Of a stretch of 64,000 nt of DNA, positions 58,817 through 64,000 are shown one piece after another. The position numbers and the translations under genes are program-made. Numbering within the stretch: position 1 is the stretch's first letter; each line of letters starts with the position of its first letter. Origin of the DNA: an uncultured Acidobacteriota bacterium (GTDB lineage Bacteria > Acidobacteriota > UBA6911); assembly GCA_963809485.1 (NCBI GenBank), contig CAWEJX010000007.1:96001-160000 (forward strand), given 5' to 3'. The notes under the pieces are model-generated. The model saw only the letters and a program-made list of their open reading frames with translations. It was not told where the DNA came from and made no database searches.

Positions 58817-59133
58817 ATGGCCCGTTTCAGGGCCAGGGCGATCGAGGACATGGTCGGGATAAAGCGGACGGCGCTGTACGGAAAGCTGAACCAGCTTGTA
58901 CGGAGCGGACAGATCAAGAAGGACGGAAATCTCTACTATGTCTCGAATGTAGAATAACTTGGGAAGATTTTGGGTTTTCCGTCCAGTTTCCGCGTCCGGT
59001 TTTTCCGTGAATTCGGACGGACGCGGAAAGCTCAATGAACGGAGAGGGATACCGGCGGACAACCGTCCGCGGAAAATTCCGTCCGCTTCACCCTCCCTTT
59101 AGGGGGTGAACGGAGCGGAAAGCGGAGCGGAAA
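58817..59133 (+). mobile_element. Possible remnant of a mobile-element replication module (wHTH fragment plus iteron-like repeats)
   Basis: 46-codon ORF 58817-58957 (IEDMVGIKRTALYGKLNQLVRSGQIKKDG), then many TTCCG/CGGAA repeats and TTCACCC..CCCTTTAGGG..GGGTGAA. Confidence 0.45.
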
Positions 59134-59169
59134 TGAGATTGTTTGGAAAATTGCTGGGGAAGGCCCACC

Positions 59170-59790
59170 TCAATGCTTCGGATTCAGCCATTTAAGAGGG
59201 ATAAACATCGACACATTTCGCTGATATTCCCGGTATATGTCGCCGAATTCGAGTACAAGCTTTTTTTCCTCCAGGAGGGTTCCAATTACCAGATACGCAG
59301 AAAGAACGGCATTGACAACTATGGTCGCCACATTCAAATCGTTTGCCCATATAAGAATGAATACGGCCAAGTACCACGGATGGCGGATGAGTCCCAAAAC
59401 TCCACTGGAATCAAGTTCGCCGCTTTTTGTCATTGCACCGGCCAGACGATTGCTTCGGATTTGCTGCAAACCGATAAATAGACTCATGCTGTAATGTCGG
59501 GCTCCGCCTATAATGAGCACGGCGGCCAGAAGCGCCAAGGAATAACGAGCCATTCGCCAATTTCCCTCCCAGACAAAGACAACTGAGCCTCTAAATCGAG
59601 GGGAATCTGAAAATAGGAGTAGAGGAATCAACGTTCCAATAGAAAAGAGATTAAATAATATCCGGGAAAAACAATACTTGGTTCCAAGAACGCGCTGGAA
59701 AAAGCGTGTCGCCCTTACGGAAATCAACCAACTGTGAACCGCACAATAGGCGATCCACAACAATGCAAGCACTATGTGATCGGTTCGCAT
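59170..59790 (-). CDS. NnrU/isoprenylcysteine carboxyl methyltransferase-like membrane protein
   Basis: HSWL, TM helices, IRHPWY, EEKKL..EFG..YREYQRNV.MFIP. Confidence 0.8.
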   Translation of the reverse strand: MRTDHIVLALLWIAYCAVHSWLISVRATRFFQRVLGTKYCFSRILFNLFSIGTLIPLLLFSDSPRFRGSVVFVWEGNWRMARYSLALLAAVLIIGGARHYSMSLFIGLQQIRSNRLAGAMTKSGELDSSGVLGLIRHPWYLAVFILIWANDLNVATIVVNAVLSAYLVIGTLLEEKKLVLEFGDIYREYQRNVSMFIPLKWLNPKH

Positions 59791-59856
59791 AGCAGCTTTT
59801 CTACACCGAATGCCGCGAGACGGGAAGTTTTTTTGAAATATTGCTTGACAATCCAT

Positions 59857-59885
59857 TTGCTTGATACAATTATTGTATTATGCAA
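59857..59885. promoter_or_regulatory. Putative MarR operator in the divergent promoter
   Basis: TTGCTTGATACAAT-T-ATTGTATTATGCAA (12/14 inverted match), with TTGACA at 59845. Confidence 0.7.
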
Positions 59886-59905
59886 CTATATTGCAGGGGG
59901 AGCAA

Positions 59906-60391
59906 TTGGAGATCAAATCCATCGAGCGGTTCAGGGCGAAGCTTCGGGAAATAGAGCGCGCCGTGTGGATCCAAACCAAAAGTGAAGCTCTCTGTTGCGG
60001 CGTCACGATGGCGCAGTGCCATGCAATCCTGGAGATAGGCGAAGCGGGAGAATTGAATTTGAAGGATTTATCCGCCCGCTTAGGACTTGATAACAGCACC
60101 CTTAGCCGGACCGTCGAGAGTTTGGTTCAGGACGGGCTTGCGGAAAGAACTCCAAGCACGGAGGACAGACGCGCGACGGTTATACGATTGAATGAAAAAG
60201 GCCGTGCGGCCCGCGACCGTATCAATACCACCTGGAATCGGATCTGCCAGGATATGTTTAAAGGCATTCCGCAGGAGAAACACGCGCAGCTTGTCGAATC
60301 CGTATCGATAGTTGCAGAGCTGCTTGCCGGTTGCTGTATAGATCAATGCTATATAAAAAAATCTGCTACTAAAGAGAGAGCTCGTGTTTGA
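59906..60391 (+). CDS. Cys-rich MarR family regulator
   Basis: CCGVTMAQCH, LDNSTLSRTVESLV, EDRR, C-terminal CC..C. Probable TTG start. Confidence 0.88.
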   Translation: MEIKSIERFRAKLREIERAVWIQTKSEALCCGVTMAQCHAILEIGEAGELNLKDLSARLGLDNSTLSRTVESLVQDGLAERTPSTEDRRATVIRLNEKGRAARDRINTTWNRICQDMFKGIPQEKHAQLVESVSIVAELLAGCCIDQCYIKKSATKERARV

Positions 60392-60437
60392 GGTTATATA
60401 TTGGGGTTTTGCAATAATTTTTGGGAGGTAACCACAG

Positions 60438-61286
60438 ATGAATTCCACAGAAATAAAACAGATCGTTAAAGAGAAGTATGGACAGGCGGCGGTGCAGGCA
60501 AAATCCGGCGGGCGCAGCTGTTGCGGATCTTCGAGCTGCTGCAGTTCCGTAGACCCTATTATAAAAGATCTATACTCATCGGACGAGATGGCGGAGCTTC
60601 CGGAAAAGGCTGTTCTGGCATCGCTTGGGTGCGGCAATCCCACGGCTCTCGCGGAGCTAAAGCCTGGCGAAACAGTCCTTGATCTTGGTTCAGGGGGCGG
60701 CATTGATGTTCTATTGTCTGCCAGGCGTGTGGGGCCAAATGGCAAGGCCTATGGTCTCGACATGACAGACGAAATGCTCTCGTTGGCGCATGAAAACCAG
60801 CGCCAGGCCGGCGTCAAGAACGTCGAATTTCTGAAGGGAGAAATCGAAAATATTCCCCTGCCCGACAACTCCGTGGATGTGATCATTTCCAATTGCGTGA
60901 TCAACCTTTCTGCGGATAAGGATAGCGTTCTGCGTGAGGCGTTTCGAGTCCTGAAGCCGGGCGGACGCTTCGCTGTCTCAGATGTTGTTGTGCTGGGAGA
61001 TATCCCGGCAGATATCAGGAAGAATGTTGAGCTTTGGGCTGGCTGCGTTGCCGGCGCATTGCATCAGGATGAGTATCGTTCTAAGCTTGCAAAAGCGGGC
61101 TTCGAGAAGATGGATGTCGAGCCAACTCGCATTTATCAGGGGCAGGACGTCAGGGATCTTCTATCCGGGACGAATCTGGACGCGGAGTCCATAATTGCTC
61201 AGGTTGATGGTAAGTTCGCCAGCGCTTTCGTTCGCGCTCAAAAACCGGCTGCGGCATGCTGTGGATCAGATTGCTGCCGTGGATAG
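60438..61286 (+). CDS. arsM: Arsenite S-adenosylmethionine methyltransferase
   Basis: SLGCGNP, LDLGSGGGID, SNCVINL, WAGCVAGA, terminal CC pairs. Confidence 0.92.
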   Translation: MNSTEIKQIVKEKYGQAAVQAKSGGRSCCGSSSCCSSVDPIIKDLYSSDEMAELPEKAVLASLGCGNPTALAELKPGETVLDLGSGGGIDVLLSARRVGPNGKAYGLDMTDEMLSLAHENQRQAGVKNVEFLKGEIENIPLPDNSVDVIISNCVINLSADKDSVLREAFRVLKPGGRFAVSDVVVLGDIPADIRKNVELWAGCVAGALHQDEYRSKLAKAGFEKMDVEPTRIYQGQDVRDLLSGTNLDAESIIAQVDGKFASAFVRAQKPAAACCGSDCCRG

Positions 61287-61352
61287 TCAGCCATCTCACC
61301 GCTTCGCCATACAGACGGTATTTGGAAACTCGCAGAGGGGAGGAATCTGTCG

Positions 61353-61895
61353 ATGAGAAAGCCATATCTTTTTAATCCGCTCTTTCATCTATCGGCAACG
61401 CTTTTGTTCGTTGGGATCATGCTTGGATCTCCTGAGAGCGGAAGGCTCGCGATGGCTGCAGAAAAATTGGCCGGGGACCAAGCTTCGGAGTCGAAACAGG
61501 CTGATCCGCCCCAAAAACCGATAGTTCATCCCGAAGTACCCAGAATTCCGGCGTTGGAAGTCAAAGAAATGCTCGCCAAGAAGGCAGATTTTGTAATCGT
61601 GGATACGAATCCTGCGGATTTCTTCGATATGTGGCACATTCCGACGGCTATCAACATACCCTATATAATAATGATGCATAATCCGGGTAAACGCGAGAGC
61701 ATGGTTTCGGCTCTCCCCAAAGATAAACTGATTGTGCTTTATTGCCTATGCGAGGAAGGTGCCGACAGCTCTGAGGTGGCATTGATACTGAGAAGTATGG
61801 ATTTCCGCCGGGATAAGATAAAAGTGCTGGAAGGCGGCATGATCAAGTGGGATGAGGCGGGCTATCCTATGATTAAAAACGAAGTGCCCGAGTAG
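61353..61895 (+). CDS. Exported rhodanese-like protein
   Basis: Signal-like N-terminus, HIPTAINIP, YCLCEEG, VLEGG..KW..AGYP. Confidence 0.85.
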   Translation: MRKPYLFNPLFHLSATLLFVGIMLGSPESGRLAMAAEKLAGDQASESKQADPPQKPIVHPEVPRIPALEVKEMLAKKADFVIVDTNPADFFDMWHIPTAINIPYIIMMHNPGKRESMVSALPKDKLIVLYCLCEEGADSSEVALILRSMDFRRDKIKVLEGGMIKWDEAGYPMIKNEVPE

Positions 61896-62069
61896 ACCGG
61901 TTTGGATCAGGCGGGTTTAGATCTCAAAGCAAACTTAGAAAACATCAAGCCTAAATGGAAGGCCTTTCACCCCGCTATATAGCACGAATGCGAATGGAGC
62001 TTTAAATTCCCTGTTTGGCCACAACTCCGGGCGATCTCAAACCCGTGTTCCCTGGACAGTGATCCTTCG

Positions 62070-62480
62070 CTATGTATTGGCAAGTACCTTGTCGACTTCA
62101 GTGGCGATTTTTTCGGCAACCGACTCGACAGCGTCTTTGTCTACTTGCGATGCATTGCGAGATGAACGGCTGCAACTCGCAGCGGTTGTTCTCAGAATTT
62201 CTGAGACCACGATTTCGCCGGTTACAGGGCCACTGTGCTTTTCGGTGCCCCATTTGGCACATTGCTTCGTGCAGCCATCGATAGCGATGGTTGGGTGTGT
62301 TTTTGCGAAATTCCGTTCGCCCTCCTCCCCGGCCAGGAACAACGGCAGGCATAGGGTCACTGTTTTGCCTGGTCGCAGAGATTCCAGCACGCGCCGAACC
62401 GCCAGGCGGGCTATTGTTCCTTCGGGAATCGCTTCGCCGCTGCATGAGATAATTCCTGCCTTCGTGATTTCTTTGCTCAC
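62070..62480 (-). CDS. DGC-domain putative zinc-binding protein
   Basis: SCSG, LCL, IDGC..QC. Confidence 0.85.
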   Translation of the reverse strand: MSKEITKAGIISCSGEAIPEGTIARLAVRRVLESLRPGKTVTLCLPLFLAGEEGERNFAKTHPTIAIDGCTKQCAKWGTEKHSGPVTGEIVVSEILRTTAASCSRSSRNASQVDKDAVESVAEKIATEVDKVLANT

Positions 62481-62902
62481 TGGATTCCCTCCTTGCCGCT
62501 CCGCAGACTCGCTGCCTTATCAGCGACTTCAGCAGCAATTTCTCTGGCAATACTCCAGCCTTCATCATTCAGTTCGGTTGGACTGCCGGGTTTGGCGCCG
62601 GGGTGCTTCTTTAGGGTCTCGACAACTTCAACTGCAACAGGATTTCCCCCCGCGATCTTTACGTTCTTTTCGGCGCACGCCTTAGGGCAGCCATCGATGG
62701 TAATGCAGTGCTGAGTTTTCACAGCATCAACTACTTCAGCTTCTCCTTTCACGAGCAAACCCAAGCACACTGTTTCTGTTTGTTCCGGCGCAATTTCATC
62801 TATGACCAGGTATGTTGCTTCACGTGTCAGCAACCCATGGACTTTGCCAATCCCGCTGCACGGAATCACCAAAACTGGCTTTTTGTTCTCTCCAGACCCC
62901 AT
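62477..62902 (-). CDS. DGC-domain putative zinc-binding protein
   Basis: PCSG, VCL, IDGCPKAC. Confidence 0.85.
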   Translation of the reverse strand: MGSGENKKPVLVIPCSGIGKVHGLLTREATYLVIDEIAPEQTETVCLGLLVKGEAEVVDAVKTQHCITIDGCPKACAEKNVKIAGGNPVAVEVVETLKKHPGAKPGSPTELNDEGWSIAREIAAEVADKAASLRSGKEGIQ

Positions 62903-62960
62903 CCAACACCCCCCTTCCAATACCTTGTTGCGTTCCGGCCCCAAACCGGGATCGATAACG

Positions 62961-63458
62961 TCATTCAGGAACTTCCTGTTTGATCATTGGATAACCCGAT
63001 TCATCCCACTTGATCAAACCGCCCTCCAAAACCTTGATTTTGTCACTGTCGTAACCCAAGCGCTTCAATTCCAATGCCATTCGGGCGCTATCGGTGCCCT
63101 CTTCACACAAGCAATAGATGACGATCAATTTATCCATCGGCAGGGCTACCAGCATCATTTCGCGATCGGTTGGATTCCCGGTGGAAATATACGGAATGTT
63201 AACAGCCGTCGGGATATGCCACATTTCATAGTTCTCTGAAGGCTGGGTGTCCAGGATGACAATATCCGCCTTTTTTGCGAGCATTGCCTTGACCTCCAAT
63301 GCGGCAATCCGCGGAACCTCGGGATGCGTCAGTGTTACCTTGGGCGATGCGCCGGTCTTAGTCTCGGAAGCTTCCGGCTGTGAGAAAAGGCTTCCGACCA
63401 AGGACGCACAAAGAGTTAGAAACATCATCGCTTCCAGCAATCTCACAGAAATCCTCAT
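62961..63458 (-). CDS. Exported rhodanese-like protein (paralog of 61353-61895)
   Basis: HPEVPRI.ALEVK.MLAKKAD, YCLCEEG, GYPMIK.EVPE. Confidence 0.85.
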   Translation of the reverse strand: MRISVRLLEAMMFLTLCASLVGSLFSQPEASETKTGASPKVTLTHPEVPRIAALEVKAMLAKKADIVILDTQPSENYEMWHIPTAVNIPYISTGNPTDREMMLVALPMDKLIVIYCLCEEGTDSARMALELKRLGYDSDKIKVLEGGLIKWDESGYPMIKQEVPE

Positions 63459-63507
63459 TTTTGTTCATTCTCCGGTCAAATTGGAGCCTCGAAAACTTTA
63501 TTGAGGT

Positions 63508-64000
63508 TTAGGGACACTGGATGACACCTTGTGCCCACAGGCAGCCACCGCATGCGGGTATAGGGCTGCCGATGCAGTCCTCCTGGTTTGATTCGAACAA
63601 TTCACAGCCGCCGCAAATGATGCATGGAGAGAAATTGAATTCCTGTAGCCGCCTGCGTAACGCGAGATACTCCGGCTTGTTCCATATTTGTTCGATACTT
63701 CGATTCAGCACATTTCCCACAACGTGGCGTTTTATGGATCGCTGGTAACTATAGAGATACATCTTATGCTCGTGCATCAATGCCAGGCAGGGACTAACAT
63801 CGCCATCCCATCGGATAGCCAAAGCCCCCTTTTCGACAAAAGGACAGCGGTTATTGCTTGCGGCCAGATTGCCTCCGGCAAAGTTCAACGCATGGTCACC
63901 GCGCAATACCTGGAAAATCGCCTCGCGAGTCGCAGGACCGACATCCATCTTTGGAAATTCAAGATAGCGCAATAATGGCGCAGAGGTATAAATGGAATCG
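63508..64000 (-). CDS. Radical SAM/SPASM protein, tungsten-oxidoreductase maturase-like (5' partial)
   Basis: CPF...IRWDGDVSPC, C..CGGC...DC...CGGCLWAQGVIQCP C-terminus. Confidence 0.75.
   Translation of the reverse strand, partial: DSIYTSAPLLRYLEFPKMDVGPATREAIFQVLRGDHALNFAGGNLAASNNRCPFVEKGALAIRWDGDVSPCLALMHEHKMYLYSYQRSIKRHVVGNVLNRSIEQIWNKPEYLALRRRLQEFNFSPCIICGGCELFESNQEDCIGSPIPACGGCLWAQGVIQCP

Noticed and set aside
61353-63458. Selenoproteins among the rhodanese and DGC genes
   Set aside because: The Cys motifs use ordinary Cys codons and no in-frame TGA was seen.

Overview
64 kb from an anaerobic, fairly GC-rich bacterium. The Hanks kinase/TolB-propeller genes, the TIGR02999-type ECF-kinase pair and the PadR cassette suggest an anaerobic Acidobacteriota-like host (inference). 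In order: (1) [FeFe]-hydrogenase maturation operon hydE-hydG-aspA-hydF; (2) an XRE/acyl-CoA ligase cassette between inverted microsatellites; (3) carboxylesterase, split Tat flavocytochrome c, rubredoxin; (4) an unusual Wzt ABC-ATPase/carbohydrate-binding/radical-SAM fusion next to a GT-C glycosyltransferase; (5) a 7.6 kb accessory patch (19.5-27.1 kb) whose gene junctions carry a shared GGACACCCA motif with locally stuttered flanks; (6) two Ser/Thr kinases, an ECF sigma and a Sel1 lipoprotein; (7) a divergent IclR-controlled anaerobic catabolic cluster (tungsten AOR, acetylene-hydratase-like Mo/W enzyme, DmsB-GltD fusion, MetF/MetV, tandem class III CoA-transferase); (8) PadR and TetR cassettes and a mobile-replicon remnant; (9) a MarR-arsM-rhodanese-DGC arsenic locus. 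Three large genes carry single frameshifts and several gene remnants are present. No rRNA, tRNA, CRISPR array or intact transposase/integrase was seen. All protein calls come from motif recognition by eye, not database searches.
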